Assembly: GCA_043228905.1 (NCBI GenBank)
Contig: JBHGNT010000021.1
Location: forward strand, 4,526,001-4,590,000
Reading direction: 5' to 3'
Source: Azolla caroliniana
Lineage: Eukaryota > Plantae > Polypodiophyta
Length of the DNA stretch: 64,000 nucleotides
The position numbers were made by a program, and so were the translations under genes. Positions 25,160 to 39,024 of this stretch are shown here, in pieces. Every line of letters begins with the position of its first letter. Within the stretch, counting starts at the first letter, position 1. Under the pieces are notes generated by a model. The model had not been told where the DNA came from and did not search any database. It was given only the letters and a program-made list of their open reading frames with translations.

Positions 25160-26972
25160 TCACTCCGACATGCGATGTCTTGTCAGCCCGATCCGCTTTC
25201 GACACGTGTCCAGCTTGTCGGTTGTCAACACCTTGGTCAGCATATCCGACCCTTTCTCCTCCGTGTGGATCTTTGTCAGCACGAATTCTTGATTTTCTAC
25301 TCTCTCCCGGATCCAGTGGTACCTCTGTTGGATATGTTTCATCCGGGAATGGTGGGCCGAGTTCTTTGCAAGGTGGATGACGCTTTGATTATCGCAGTAG
25401 AGCTGGTATTCCTCCTGTTGGATCCCTAGCTCTCCGATGAAGTCCTTCATCCAGATTATCTCCTTGCCGGCTTTGCAGCTGCCATGTACTCCGCCTCCAT
25501 AGTTGACAGTGCAACCGTCTTTTGCAGCCTCAACTGCCACGAAACAACTCCCCCTGCATAGGTCATGACATATCCGGATGTCGATCGGCTAGTATCTGCA
25601 TCAACTAACATATCCAAATCCATGAAACCATCGAGTTGGGGTTTTCCGGAGCCAAACCGGAGGCACAAACTCGTGGTGCCTTTCAAATACCAGAGTATCC
25701 ACTTGACCGCATTCCAGTGCTCTCTTCCGGGATTGCTCATGAACCGGCTCACCACTCCGACTGCATATCCGATATCCGTCCGGGTACATACCATCGCGTA
25801 CATCAAGCTCCCGACGGCAAATGCATATGGTATCTTCATCATATCCGTCTTCTCCGCCTTTGTCCTCGGGCTTTGTTTTCTAGATAGCTTGCAGTTTACC
25901 GGAAGTGTCAATCCGACCGGTTTCGCCTCCGACATGTTAAACCGTTGAAGCACCTTTGTCACATACTTCTCTTGTGACAACCACAACAACTTCTTCGACC
26001 GGTCCCGGATGATGTGCATTCCCAATATCTGTCTTGCCGGCCCCAAGTCTTTCATTGAGAACGTCCGGTTGAAAGTCTTCTTCAGCATCCGAATCTTGCC
26101 TTGGTCTCGTCCGATGATCAACATATCATCCACATATAGGAGGAGTATTAGGAAATATCCTCCATCAAATTTCTTCACAAACACACAGTGATCGGCCTGC
26201 ATCTTGTGGTACCCTTGGTCGGTCATGAAGGAGTCGAACTTCCTGTATCATTGCCAGGGAGCTTGCTTCAGTCCGTATAGGCTCTTCTTCAGCCGTCACA
26301 CCAGGTGCTCCTTCCCTTTCTTCTCAAATCCTTTCGGTTGATGCATGTAGATCTCTTCTTTGAGGTCCCCATGGAGGAACGTTGTCTTCACATCTAGTTG
26401 CTTTACCTCGAGGTCCATGCTTGCCACTATGCCCAATACCGTCCGGATGGATGTCATCTTTACTACCGGGACAAAGATCTCATCGAAGTCCACCCCCTTC
26501 TTCTGCTGGAAGCCCTTCACCACGATTCGGGCCTTATACCTTGGTGGATTTCCGGCGTCTTTCGATTTCAGCTTTCAGCAACTCCACCAATTCATATGTG
26601 TGGTTCTCATGCAGGGAATCCATCTCATCCTACATGGCACTCAACCACTTGCGGTTGTGGGTGTCTCCCTTCGCTTCTTCAAAGCTTTCCGGCTCCCCCT
26701 CATCGATTAGCAACACATGCTCTGCATCCGGAAATCTCCGGGGGGCTCTTCTCTCTCGGAGAGGATATCTCCGTCCCTGGTTTCTGATTACCGATTCCTC
26801 TGTTTGTTCCTTCCTCATCCGATTCGGGATCTTGTCTGGTTCCGGTGTCTTCTTCTTCTTCTTCTTCTTCTTCTTCTTTGGTTGGTTCGGTTTCTTGTCT
26901 GAATCCAGCCGGTTCGTCGAGTGTCATCCGGTTGCTGGCTAACATCTGGTTTTCAATTGGGTAGGTTCTTGT
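25160..26972 (-). pseudogene. pol: Copia F RT/RNase H
   Basis: YVDDMLII and SRSTSGY motifs; stops and frameshifts. Confidence 0.88.
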
Positions 26973-29900
26973 TGAAGGCAGCACGAGGATTAGGGTTTAG
27001 GTCAAAAACAGAGAGGGAGGGAGTCTGAGTGAGAGACAAAGGGAGAGAGAGAGAGAGAGAGATGCACGTTGTCTTGGGTACAAAGAGTATACCTCTTTTC
27101 TAGTTTTTCGATATTATGTATATACAAGTCAAAAGTGTGCTACGATTGCGTTCATACTCGTGCACTAATAAAAGGCACGATGGCCCTTTATTCCCAACAA
27201 CCTCCCACCTAAAGGGAATGTGCCATGAGAAGAAAAAAAAAGTCAACTAAGTCCAAGTATGTACAAAGCTGAACTACATACATCTATCCAACTCTCATTA
27301 TCTGTCGGCAATGAGAAAATCTCTCAGCTAGAAGACCCTTCGTGAGAAGATCTGCATGATTATTATTTGTATGTACTTTGACAAGCTCAATGTTCTTGCT
27401 GTGAAGTACATCTCTGATGAAGTGATACTTCACCTCTATGTGCTTCGTCTTTGCATGAAAGACGGGATTCCAAGCTAGCATGATAACACTCTGGCTGTCA
27501 CAATGAAGAATAGGTAACTCTGTAATGCCAAGATCTCTCACTAGATATGAAAGCCATAAAGCCTCTTTGCATGCCTCAGTGGCCGCAACATACTCTGCCT
27601 CTCTAGTAGACAATGCAACACACTTTTGTAGTTTGGAGATCCAAGAGACCGCTCCTCCTGTGAAAGTAAACACATACCTAGAAGTAGACTTCTTGCAGTC
27701 TGCGTGACCAGCATAGTCCACATCCGTAAAACCAACTACAAATGCCTTTTTCTTTCCAAAGCAAATACACAAGTCCTTTGTGCCTTTGAGGTATCTCATA
27801 ATACCTTTCACTCCTTCCCAATGTTTTTTGCCGGGATTTTCCATATACCTACTAACCACTCCCACTTCAAAGGCAATATCAGGGTGTGTAGCAACCATCA
27901 CATATATCAAACTGCCAACGGCTGAAGCATATGGAACCTTAGTCATTTCAGCCTTCTCATCATCAGATATAGGGTTGTCTTCTGCACTAAGTTTCAAATA
28001 TGGAGGCAATGGAACCCCAATCCCCCCCCCCCCCCCCTCCATATTGAAACACTGCAAAACCTTAGAGATATACTCTTGTTGAGATAGAAAGAGTACCCCT
28101 TCGATCGATTTCGGAGTATTCGCATGCCAAGGTTGTGATTTGCATCACCAAGATCCTTCATATGAAAGCTGCCATGAAGGCTTTGCTTCAATGAATCCAA
28201 GGCATGAATATCCTTGCCAGCAATCAACATATCATCAACATACAAAACCAAGATAATCAGGTTGCCATCTCCTGCCTTCTTGGTGTACAAGCAGTGGTCT
28301 ACTTGACTTCTACGAAAACCTTGAGACTGCATAAATGCATCAAATTTATGATACCATTCTCTTGGTGCTTGTTTCAACCCATACAAACTCCTTTTGAGCT
28401 TACAAACCATCTTCTCTTTGCCTTTAGCCACAAAACCTTCAGACTACTGCATATATATGTCTTCATGCAGATCGCCATGTAAAAAGGCGGTCTTCACATC
28501 CATCTGTATGAGCTCCATATCTTCAATTGCAACTAAGCCCAAAATGATTCTTAATGTAGTCATCTTGACTACAAGCGAGAAGATCTCATCAAAATCAACT
28601 CCATATTCCTTCTTGTATCCTTTTGCAACCAATCTTGCTTTGTACTTTGGCGAGGAATCAAAAATGACCTTCATTTTATAAACCCATTTGCATGGAAGTG
28701 TTTTCTGCCCTTTAGGCAATTGCACCAAATCCCAAGTGTCATTTTTGTCAAGAGATTCCATCTCTGACAACATGGCTTTATACCATTTCTTATTGTCCTA
28801 TTTGTCCATTGCTTCCTTGAGGCAAATTGGTTTGCCACAATCAGTCACCATGACATAATCATCCACACTGTTTGCATCAGGAACAAATCTGTCAGGCTTT
28901 CTAGTAACTCTAGACGATCTCCTAACCCAATGCTCATTGTTTGGTAGCTGTTGAGAGTGCAAATCATCATTTTCAACTTGTTGTTCTAGCCGTTCCTGCA
29001 CATTTGGTGGCTCATCATTATTGGCAAAGGCTGGCTAATCATATCCAGCCTCATTTTCTGCATTTGTAGGTAAGTTTACAGCAGGTGTTTGATGTTGTAC
29101 AACGGGCACATTTCTCTATCTAAAAGGTATTTCTTCTCGGAATACAACCCTCATTGCTGCGTACTATCTTTCTTTTCTCAGGATCCCACAATTTATACCC
29201 CATTTCACCCTCGTCACTGTATCCTAGGAAAATACATTTGCAAGACTTTGGCTCAAGTTGTTGCGTTCTTCTTTACGAACGTGCACAAAAACCTCACAAC
29301 CAAACACTCTCAAGTGAACATATGAAGGTGGCTTGCCCGACCACGCTTCTTGGGGTATTCCCCCTCCCAAAGACCTATTAGGTGACCGATTAATCAAGTG
29401 AACAACTGTTATAACAGCCCCTACCCAAAAACCATGGGGTAACGCATCATGAGACATCATAGTACAGACCTTATCTTGAATAGTCCAATTCATACGCTCT
29501 GCAACTCCATTTTGGGGTGAATTATAAGGGGTAGTGAGTTCCCTCTTTATCCCTTTGTTGTCACAAAATGCTTGAAAAGCCTTGGACACATATTCCCCAC
29601 CATTGTCAGAGCGAAGACACTTAAGTGTCTTATCAATTTGATTCTCAACTAATGCCAAAAATGTTTGAAACTTGTCGAGCACTTCATCCTTGCTACGAAT
29701 AGGGTAAATCCATACCTTTCGTGTAGCATCATCGACAAAAGTGACTAAGTATTTCTTTCCCCCTAATGATAGCCCTAGCATCTGACATACATCTGAATTT
29801 ACTAACTCAAGCGGGGACGACTTCAGCGAAAGAGACTTTTTATGAGATGTTTGTACATGTTTACCATAAATGCAATTATCACAATGTTCAAAATCAACAT

Positions 29901-31413
29901 AACGAAGACATGGTAAGTAACCCAAATGAGACAATACTTTCATACCAGTTTCACTCATGTGTCCCAATTGGCCATGCCACAAAGAAACACTGGGCTACTC
30001 AGTTATGGCAACAACATGGTCACTCACACTAGATACATAGAGAGGATACAAGGTATCACTTTTATTACCCTTGGCAATAACTCTAGATCCCTTACAAATC
30101 TTCCATTTCCCATCACCAAAGGTTGTGTGAAATCCATCATCGTTTAGCTATCCTGTGCTAATCAAGCTCTTCTTGAGTTGAGGTACACGCCGTACATGCT
30201 GAAGTGTGAAAGCAAAACCATGTTGAAACTGTAATTGCACAGTGCCAATACCTGCAATTTCACATGCATAGTTGTCCCCAAGATGGACAACACTGTGTCG
30301 ACCCCCTGTGTAATTTGAAAACCACTCACGATGAGGGGTGACGTGAAAAGAAGCACCGGAATCGAGTATCCAAGTTTGCATGTCACCATCTGTTTCTGCA
30401 AGTAAAGCATGTTCTCTATGGCATGATGAAACAAAGAGTACATCATTTCCACTATAACTATCATGAGTGACTACATTCACCTCTTCAATTTTAGTATTGC
30501 CTTTCCTTGGTTGAATGTCTCTCTTTTCTTCTATGAAATCATCTATCTTCTTGCCCTTTCCTTTCTCTTTCTTCCATTTGAAACAATCACGTTTAAAGTG
30601 ACCCTTTTTGCCACAATGATGGCATTCTACATCTTTATCACGTGATTTACTACGGCCATAACTATCAGATTTGCCTCTCTGTTGTGACCTACCCCTCATA
30701 TGCAACGCACTAGAGGACTTATTGGATGCATTGTTTTGCCGACTCATCTCTTCCATGAGTAGAGAACTCTCTACATTGGCATAAAGAAGCATCGCATTTG
30801 AATTGCTCATAGCAGTCTTGAAAGTATCCCAACTTTCTAGCAAGGTACAAAGTAAAAACGTGGCCCTAAACTCATCATCAATGATGAATTTCAAGGCAAC
30901 CAGCTGGCTGAAAATGGAATTGAATTCATCAGGTGAGTTGACATGGGTGTGCCCTTTGTCATACGCAAATCCATGAGTTTCTTAAGCCAGTAAACTTTGC
31001 TAACTGTCGTCTTTTGGGCATACAGTTCCTCTAGTCTAGTCCATATAGAATAGGCAGAGTCCAAACCTTCGATATTAAAAAGCAAGGCATCAGAGATTGA
31101 CAACTCAATAGTCAAGCGTGTAAGCTCGTTCAACTCTTGCCAATCAACTTGGTCCATATCGATAGGCTTTACCCTTTTGACTTTTATAGGCTTTGCATGC
31201 TTCTTTTGCAACAGGATGTTGTAGCACTAGTTTTTCCAAACCACAAAGTTATGTGCACCCTCAAGCTTCTTGATGTGCATAAGGTGGCTACTTTCACTGT
31301 TGGTAGTCATGATTTTTTAGCCCAAATGGAGCACCAAACCTGCAAAAAGTGTGCTACGAGTGCGTTCACACTCTTGCACTAATAAAAGGCACGATGGCCC
31401 TTTATTCCCAACA
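26973..31413 (-). mobile_element. Ty1/copia element G nested in F; short LTR, 5' LTR partly deleted
   Basis: TSD CTTGT/CTTGT (removal restores RPEDTRTYP); LTR 26973-27199; only about 70 bp of the other LTR (31345-31413). Confidence 0.88.
27284..31310 (-). pseudogene. Copia G gag-pol (decayed)
   Basis: CHHCGKKGHFKRDC, WILDSGA, RSDNGGEY, YVDDML, KHIEVKYHF. Confidence 0.9.
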
Positions 31414-31418
31414 CTTGT

Positions 31419-33620
31419 GTCCTCCGGCCGGTTTTCATTGGATGATCTAGAGTTGATCATCTTCTTCTCCGACTCCCAGTCGGCAATGGTCCTATCTTCC
31501 ATGAAGACTAGGTCCTAACTCCAGAACACCCTCTTGTCGGCCAGATCCCACACCCGGTAACCGAACTCATCATCGCCGTATCCAAGGAATATGCATGCCC
31601 TGGACTTCGGATCCAGCTTTGCTCTCTTGTCCTTTGCAACATGCACATATGTGAGACACCCGAACACCTTTAGATGCCGGTAAGATACATCTTTACCGGT
31701 CCATACTTTCTGAGGTGAGTCTCCTTCCAAGGGTGTTGAGGGTGATCTATTTATCACATAGGTCGTCGTCATCAGCGCCCCAGCGCAAAACGTCTTGGGT
31801 AACTTTGCATGTGCTAGCATGCTCCGGACTCTCTCCATTATGGTCCAGTTCATCCTTTTGGCCAGCCTGTTTAGTTCCGGCGTCTTCGGCACAGTAAACT
31901 TGAGCCGGATTCCCTTTGACCGGCAGTACTCCTTGAACTGCCCCCGGTATTCTCCTCCGTTATCTGCTTGAACCGCCTTCAGCTTCCGGCCGATTTCTCT
32001 TTCCACTCTCATGTGGAGCTTCTTGAAGATGGAGAACACCTGATCCTTCGTCTTCAATGGTGAGACCTACAGCTTCCAGCTGTGGTCATCTATGAACGTC
32101 ACGAAGTACTGCGATCCGGCATGTGACTTCGTGTACACTTGACACACATTGGTATGCACCAACTCCAGTGGTGCATTCTGTCTCATCGGTGGTCTTGACC
32201 GGAAGGAGGTTCAATTTTGCTTGCCGGCCAAGCAATCGCTGCACTTCTCAAGTTGCACGTCCTTTACCGGAATGAGGTTGTCTTCGGCAAGCCTCTTCAT
32301 CCCCTTCTCACTCATACAACACAGTCTTTTGTGCCACAACTCACTGCCAGTGTCGGATGCTACGTTCACCAAGTATAGTGTGTTGATCTTCCGGGCTCGA
32401 GCCACTATCAAGCTTCCCTTGCTAAACTTCATAACACCGTTCCGGATGCTACCCGTGTAGCCTTCATCATCTAGCCCACAGGCTGATATCATGTTCAGTC
32501 AAACCTCCGGAACGTGTTAGACATCCTTCAACATCAATTTGCATCCGGTTGATGTTGTCAACAACACATCTCCTATGCCGATAATTCGGCATGTACCTTC
32601 ATTCCCCATCTAGACACAACAATGATCACCGGCTGTGTAGGATGAGAAGCATTTCCGATCCAGTGTCAGGTGGAACGACGCTCCGGAATTGACAACCCAC
32701 ATTGTCTCGTCACCGACAAGGTTTAACTCATTCTCTTCGGTAATGAGCATGAGTTCTTCTTCACTTGTCCCAATTGCCAACATTCCCTTCCGATCCGGGC
32801 CTCACCGGTCCAAACCGTTTCGGTCCGAACTCTTCTTCGAATCGGTAGTGCCGGTTTCTTTCTCCTTCCAGAAATGCCAGCAGTTCTTCTAGAAGTGTCC
32901 CGGCTTCCCACAATAGAAGCACGTGGGCCTCCCCCTTGACTTCAACCTCATCCCCAATTTGTCCCGGTTTTGGGGACTCCGATACCGGCCTCTTCCCCAG
33001 TTGTGGTCATCTTCCGTGACCAAGGCCTTCGGATCGGTTCCGGACTCCCAGTCCTTCTGGCGAGCTTCTTCATCTAGCAAGCTTGATTTTACTCTTGCTA
33101 GGGACAAGTGTTTTCCTTTCGTCCTGGTGTTGCCCAATGTGACAACTAACATCTCCCAGCTATCCGAAAGGGAACCGAGCAGTACCAATGTGAGTACCTC
33201 ATCGGAGAGGGGTACTTCCAACGATGTTGCTTTGTGGATCAGTCCTTGGAAGGCATTCATGTGCTCCACCATACTGGAGTCGTCCTAGTATCGGAGCCTC
33301 ACTAGCTTCCGGAATACCGAAACCCGATTAACAACATTCTTGTTTTGGAACATGATGTTGATCTTCTCCCTGAGTTCACGAGCCTTGCTCTCTTCATTGA
33401 AGTTGTTGTACAGGCTCATGTCGATGAAGCACCGGATGTATGTTGTTGTTTTCATGCGCATCACCTCCCACACTGTGGCATTGATCTTATCCGGTCTCTT
33501 GTCCCTGAATTGGACCGGAAACCAAAGATCTTTAACCACCAGCATGTCCCTCATCTTCGACTTCCACACTGAGTAGTTGGAGCCGGTGAGCTTGAACATG
33601 CCGCCGAATGATTCTTCCAT
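31419..33620 (-). pseudogene. Copia F gag-PR-IN
   Basis: MFKLTGSNYSVWK, CFYCGKPGHF, ADNGGEY; stops. Confidence 0.88.
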
Positions 33621-34249
33621 TTCCTGTGTTGTTCGCTCTGATACCAATTTGTGAAGAATAGTGCGGAATATCACTCGGCCACAACCGAGTATTGAATCAC
33701 AGAAATGGGGATCAATGAGATAGTACACAGAAATGACACAAGATGTTTACGTGGAAAACCCTAATAGGGAAAAACCACAGGAGCCCACGAACTCCAACTA
33801 TCACTATATGAGAGGAAATACAAAGTGGAGGCACAGAGTCAACGACCTCATGCTCGTGATCTTTGCTAGACGGCGGTTACAACAGAGAGTGTTGGTAGCT
33901 ACTCTCTCTCTCTCTCTCTATCACTCTCTCTATACAACAATATGACAATCACAACAACCTTACAAAGTGATTGCCCTAAGTCATATTTATACTTATATGA
34001 ACTTAGGGCTATTTACAAATATAGCCTCAATAGGCTTACTCAAAACATATTTACAAATATGTCTTCTCTTCCAGTTCTAACCGGGTCTCCTCTAGTTTCC
34101 GGATCTCTTCCGGTTGTCACCGGGTCCTCTTTATTTATCACCAGATCCCATCCGGAGAGACCGATTTCCCAACACTTACTAATATCTTATTCCTCTTTTC
34201 GGCCACTGTTAGCACTCCAAAATATCAATCCATTTTCTCGGAGTTGCAA

Positions 34250-37200
34250 TGCTTGAAAGAGAAGTTTCTCGCATTGGAACAAGAAAATCAACGATTGTTG
34301 GGGGATTTTCAACAAACCTCCTTAGAGAAGTAGCAAACGCAACAAAAACATGGGGAACTAGTGTTATGCATGCAACAACTTAAAGCGACCAATGTAGCGT
34401 TGCAACAACAAGAACCAAGTACGCAGGGGATTCATAAAGAACCCAAGATCGGCCTTCCTATGAAATTCGATGGAACGCGATCACAGTTTAGAGGATTCCT
34501 TAATTAGGTCCGATTAGTCATTCAAATGCATCCTTCCCGATATCCCACCGATGCATCATGAGTGGGTCTAGTAGGCACATTGTTAAGTGGCTCAGCTTTG
34601 GCATGGTTCGTTGCATTGTTAGAAAAGGAATCTCCATCCATTACTAAACAATTTTGAAGAGTTTATAAGTGAGTTTAAAGCCTGTTTTGGAGATATTGAT
34701 AGCATAGGGACAACAATCAACAAAATCCAATGATTACGTCAAGGTGACCATCCAACCTCCACATATGCTACAAATTTCCGTTTACTCGCCTCCGATATCC
34801 CCTAGGATGACCAAGCATTAATGGAGCAATTTCGTTATGGCCTACGTAACGATGTCAAGGATTTACACTTGATCTTCCCCGAAGAACCAAAGTCATTGAC
34901 AGAAGCAATTAGTCGCGTAGTACGATGCAATAAACGCCTCTTCGAACGACATTCGGAACGTCAAATTCAAATGCCAAGGGCGAGATTGGAGTTCACCTAC
35001 ACTTCAGTTGTAGCAAAGCCTTTCCCAAGGGAGTCATTTAATACATCTCCAACAAATACTCCGACTCCAATGGAAATCGACACCACACATCGTCGCGGAC
35101 CACTATCGGAAGAAGAAAAGTAGTGATGTGGGGCAAATCGATTATGTCTTTATTGCGGTGGACCAGGGCATATTGCAGTTGTTGAGAATCAAGCTCAACT
35201 TGTTCTAGTGTGTGAACTCACCTTGAGAGTGAATAGACACTCCAACGGTCAAGAGTCACCATTATGTCACCTCTTTGTATTCTAGCATTTAGTATGAGTG
35301 ATAGAATCATATTCTATGACACATAACTTATGAGCTTTCACATTCCCCATGCTCCATGAGCCTTGTAGTTAATGAAGAGAGAGGGTAACTATATAGAGCA
35401 CCCTCCTCCCACCTTGTATTGTGTTGAGTCTTTCTCCTTTGTTAATAGACTTTTACCTTGCGTATTCTCTGTGTATTATTCCTTGTCTCTCTCACTCACT
35501 CTCTCTCTCTCATACACACACACACATAACTCACATCTCTTTTGCTTCACAAGAATCATATCCGATTCTTTACAGCCAAGAAGGCAGGTAAATCAAATAA
35601 CCGCTAGTACTAATAGTACTAAACCTGAGTCTATTTCTCGGAAAAGCAGTGACGCATGGCAAATCGATTATGTCTTTATTACGGTGGACTAGGGCATATT
35701 GCAGTGAACTGTCCCCATCATCCAAGAAGGCAGGTAAATCAAATAACTGCTAGTACTAATAGTAGTACTAAACCAGAGTCTATTTCTCTAGGTGTGTCTG
35801 ATAGTGCTAATAGCCCAAGCCTTTGAAACAAATTTGAAATCCTTAGTCAACTAGAAGAAGAGCTAAACGATTAAGTCTAGCCAAAATAGGAGCCGTTTGG
35901 TTGGTCAACCCTAGATATGTGCAACCCATTAGTGGTTCCATTTCCTCTAAGCAAGTTAGCAATGTGTTCTTAGCTCAAGTAATGGTTAGTACTAAAAGTA
36001 CTCCTCCAGTACATGTCTTAGCACTCTTAGATTTCGGAGCCAATTCTTGCTTCATGGATAGGAATTTTTCCCAAGCTCATCAGATATGCCGAAGAAAACT
36101 TTCTTGCCCAACATCTGTAGTAGTTATTGATGGTTGTCCCATTGCTTGCGGAAAAATCGTAGAGGAGTCAGAACTGATTCAAGTTCTCCTAGATAGCTCG
36201 GTTTTGTGTAGTATCATTTAATATAATTAGTAGTCCAGATCATCCAATTGTCTTGGAGTTACTGTGGTTCGAGATTGGAGAACAAGAGAAATCCGGTATC
36301 GACAACTCCGAGGATCTACTCATAAGATTGCAACCATTTCACCACATCAATTGCGTGAGGAAGGACGCAAGGAAGCAATGTTTGTCTTCGCGGTATTAGT
36401 AAAAACTGCCAACACTACTAAAGAGGAATCCACAGTTCAACTTCTAGAGAAGTATCGTCAGTATGCCGATGTGTTCGGTAAGGTACAAGCCAATACGCTT
36501 CCTCACCACCAACCGTATGATTGGCCCATCGATTTACAACCGAGAAAAGAGCCACCATGGGAACCGATCTACAATTTGTCACCAACCGAGCTAGAAGTCG
36601 TTCAAGCCTATATAGAGGAGAATTTGGCAAACGGTTTCATTCGACATTCGAAATCTCCAACCGACGCACCCATTTTCTTCGTAAAAAAAAGGATGGATCA
36701 CTTCGTCTTGTCGTAGACTATCGCGGCTTGAATAAGGTCACTATTAGGAATGGATCAAGTCGTTTAGAACGAATCAATGGTTCAAAGTTCTTCGCAAAGA
36801 TCGACTTACGAGGAGCATATAACCTCATATGGATCCGACGAGGAGATGAATGGAAGACCGTGTTCTACACCAAATATGGGCACTTCGAGTAGATGGTCAT
36901 CCCATTCGGCAATCTTCCAGCACATGGAAAATGATATATTCTGAGATCTCTTAAGTGTTTGTTTGATCATCTATTTGGATGATCTACTGGTTTATTCGAA
37001 GACCCAAGAAGAGCATGATTCTTATGTACCATTAGTACTAAAACGGCTTCGAGAACATGGTCTTTATGCAAAACTAGAAAAATGTAACTTCGAATGCAAC
37101 CAGGTGGAATTTCTAGGCTATGTCATCTCCTTGGAAGGCATCTCTATGGATCCAGCTAAGGTCAAAATTGTGGTAGAGTGGCAGACTCGTTCGGTGCGAG

Positions 37201-37783
37201 ATGTGTAATGCTTTTTAGTCTTTGCCAATTTCTACCGCAAGTTTATACAGGATTACTCAAAGCGTATTCTTGTTCTCACACAACTTACCAAGAAGGGGCA
37301 GTCGTTTGTTTGGTCTAAAGAAGCGGACATGGCTTTTGAGAGTCTTAAGAAGGCATTTACATCAGCTCCTATTCTAGCTCATGGTGATCCGGCAAAACCA
37401 TTCATCATTGAGGTAGACGCGTCGGATTTTGCCTTGGGTAGCATTCTTTCACAACAAGGCGATGATGAAAAGCTACATCCTGTGGCTATCCACTCACGCA
37501 AGTTTAACACCGTTGAAATCAACTATGAAATTCACGATAATGAGCTAGTAGCAATAGTGGAATCTTTTACGCAATGGAGTCATTTCCTATAGGGATCTTC
37601 TCATCAAGTCACCATATTCAGTGATCACAAAAATCTTGCCTACTTCCAGAATTCTTGTGTATTAAATTACCGCCAAGCTCAGTGGGTCCAATTCCTCAGT
37701 CGTTTCGACTTCAAAATTATATGTCGTCCTGGGAAGTAGCAAGGGAAGGCAAATGCGTTATCACAGTGCTCGTATCTAGCACC
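34250..37783 (+). pseudogene. Chromovirus-type gag-pol remnants
   Basis: ORF fragments 34821-35123, 35901-36221, 36264-36892, 36963-37208 and 37329-37592. Confidence 0.85.
35180..35574 (+). mobile_element. Solo LTR-like copy (same family as 51361-51750)
   Basis: TGTTGAGAATCAAGCTCAAC...GATTCTTTACA; no clean TSD. Confidence 0.75.
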
Positions 37784-37983
37784 GTGACCTTCTCGGAAAG
37801 GAAGCTAAAACAGGGGGAAGCAGGCCGCATGGAAAGACGTCTATGCGAGGTCACCAGATGGAGCGACCCGGTTGAGGAGAAAACCGGCTTTGTAGAAACC
37901 ATGTGCCAGAACTAAAAGCGGGACAGAAAGACTAGAGAAACGGGCCCAGAGCAACGGGCCCTTCGGGGAGGTGTGAAACCCGG
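37784..37983 (+). pseudogene. gag: Gag fragment of another Phygy-like family (continues 50709-51310); host of gypsy D
   Basis: EVTRWSDPVEE resembles SITEWSDPVDD of gypsy B. Confidence 0.65.
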
Positions 37984-38422
37984 TGTCGTGAAGATTTTCG
38001 GCAATAGTGTGAAAATCCCATAAAATGTACAAAATCGAGTATGAATCACATAATACAATAATTGTGAAGATAACATTTTAAATAAATTTAGTATCTAAGT
38101 ACAAAATGATGGAGGTTTCGAATGCACTTTATTACACGAGAAACGGACACCTAAATGTCAAGATATGAGGGTATAAAGTTTGTGAAAGGAAAAGAGAAAA
38201 TTGTGAGATATCCCACATAGGCACGACAAATACGGCTCTCATCATATATAAGGTAGAGCAAAAGCTATTATCTTTGTGTCTATCTGACGATGGAGCCGGT
38301 GATCCGGCGGTATCCGGTGACGGCATCCGACATCCGGCGAGGCACCGGTAACCGACGGCATCCGGCGAACCGACGTCCGGTGACTAGATAAATAAATATA
38401 TAAATATATATACATATACAAG

Positions 38423-38495
38423 GAGGACAAGTAAGGATTTGAACCTTGCACCTCCAAGTTAAGAGTCAATTGACTTACCATTAAGCCATGCCATT
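38423..38495 (-). ncRNA. tRNA-like cassette in gypsy D 5' LTR
   Basis: Reverse-complement A box 38478-38488, B box 38435-38445. Confidence 0.55.
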
Positions 38496-38965
38496 TAGTA
38501 GAATTTATATTTCTATCATTATACTTTTACATGTAAATTCTCATACATGAGAGCTAAAATGAGTGACATGGTTATCATGCACCGCATGTAATACATAAGC
38601 TCCAAATGGCAAACATGCATTTTATGCATGTCTTGTACCCTCACATGCATCATACGCATGAGAGCATCTATAAAAGAAGGAAGGGGGAGGAGAAAAAACA
38701 CGTTTTTTTTTGTTATGAAATTAAGAAGAAGAAATTCGTTATCAAATTGATCGTGTAACTTGTTTCTTAAATCCAAAGATAAAAGTTCAATCAATCTCTC
38801 TCAATCGTTTAATCTCAACTTCTCTCTTTCCCAATCTATCTTAAGTACTTTCTTGCTAAAGCTTGCGCCAAAGCTTGTACCGACTTAGAATCCTTCCGGT
38901 CCAGAACCCCGGCGGTTCCGCCTCACGATCCGCGCGTAGTGACGGATCTTCACGACATAATTAAG

Positions 38966-38983
38966 TGGTGAACCCGACGTGAA
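38966..38983 (+). promoter_or_regulatory. tRNA-Trp primer-binding site
   Basis: TGGTGAACCCGACGTGAA after spacer TAATTAAG. Confidence 0.8.
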
Positions 38984-39024
38984 AGAGGCGGTAGGAAGGA
39001 TCAAGCTGAGATTAATACTTGGAG

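Larger units (their letters stand above)
24667..34174 (-). mobile_element. Ty1/copia element F (decayed relative of C/E)
   Basis: LTRs 24667-25149 and 33650-34174; TSD CATAC/CTTAC; PBS 33635-33646; PPT at 25150. Confidence 0.9.
24183..37783 (+). mobile_element. Decayed Tcn1/Tf1-like chromovirus-type gypsy element (3' part missing), interrupted by copia F
   Basis: Probable LTR 24183-24598; gag (EPKIGLP.KFDG, LCLYCGGPGH), LDFGA protease, [41 protein letters not shown]. Confidence 0.75.

Noticed and set aside
26990-27001. TAGGGTTTAGG / AAACCCTA as interstitial telomere
   Set aside because: Only one or two units; a common telo-box-like motif within LTRs.
28016-28040. Poly-C run in copia G
   Set aside because: Homopolymer slippage in a dead RT; no evidence of function.
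35855-35900. PEG10/sushi-like frameshift site in the chromovirus (GCTAAAC)
   Set aside because: The heptamer is non-canonical and the copy is too decayed to establish frames.
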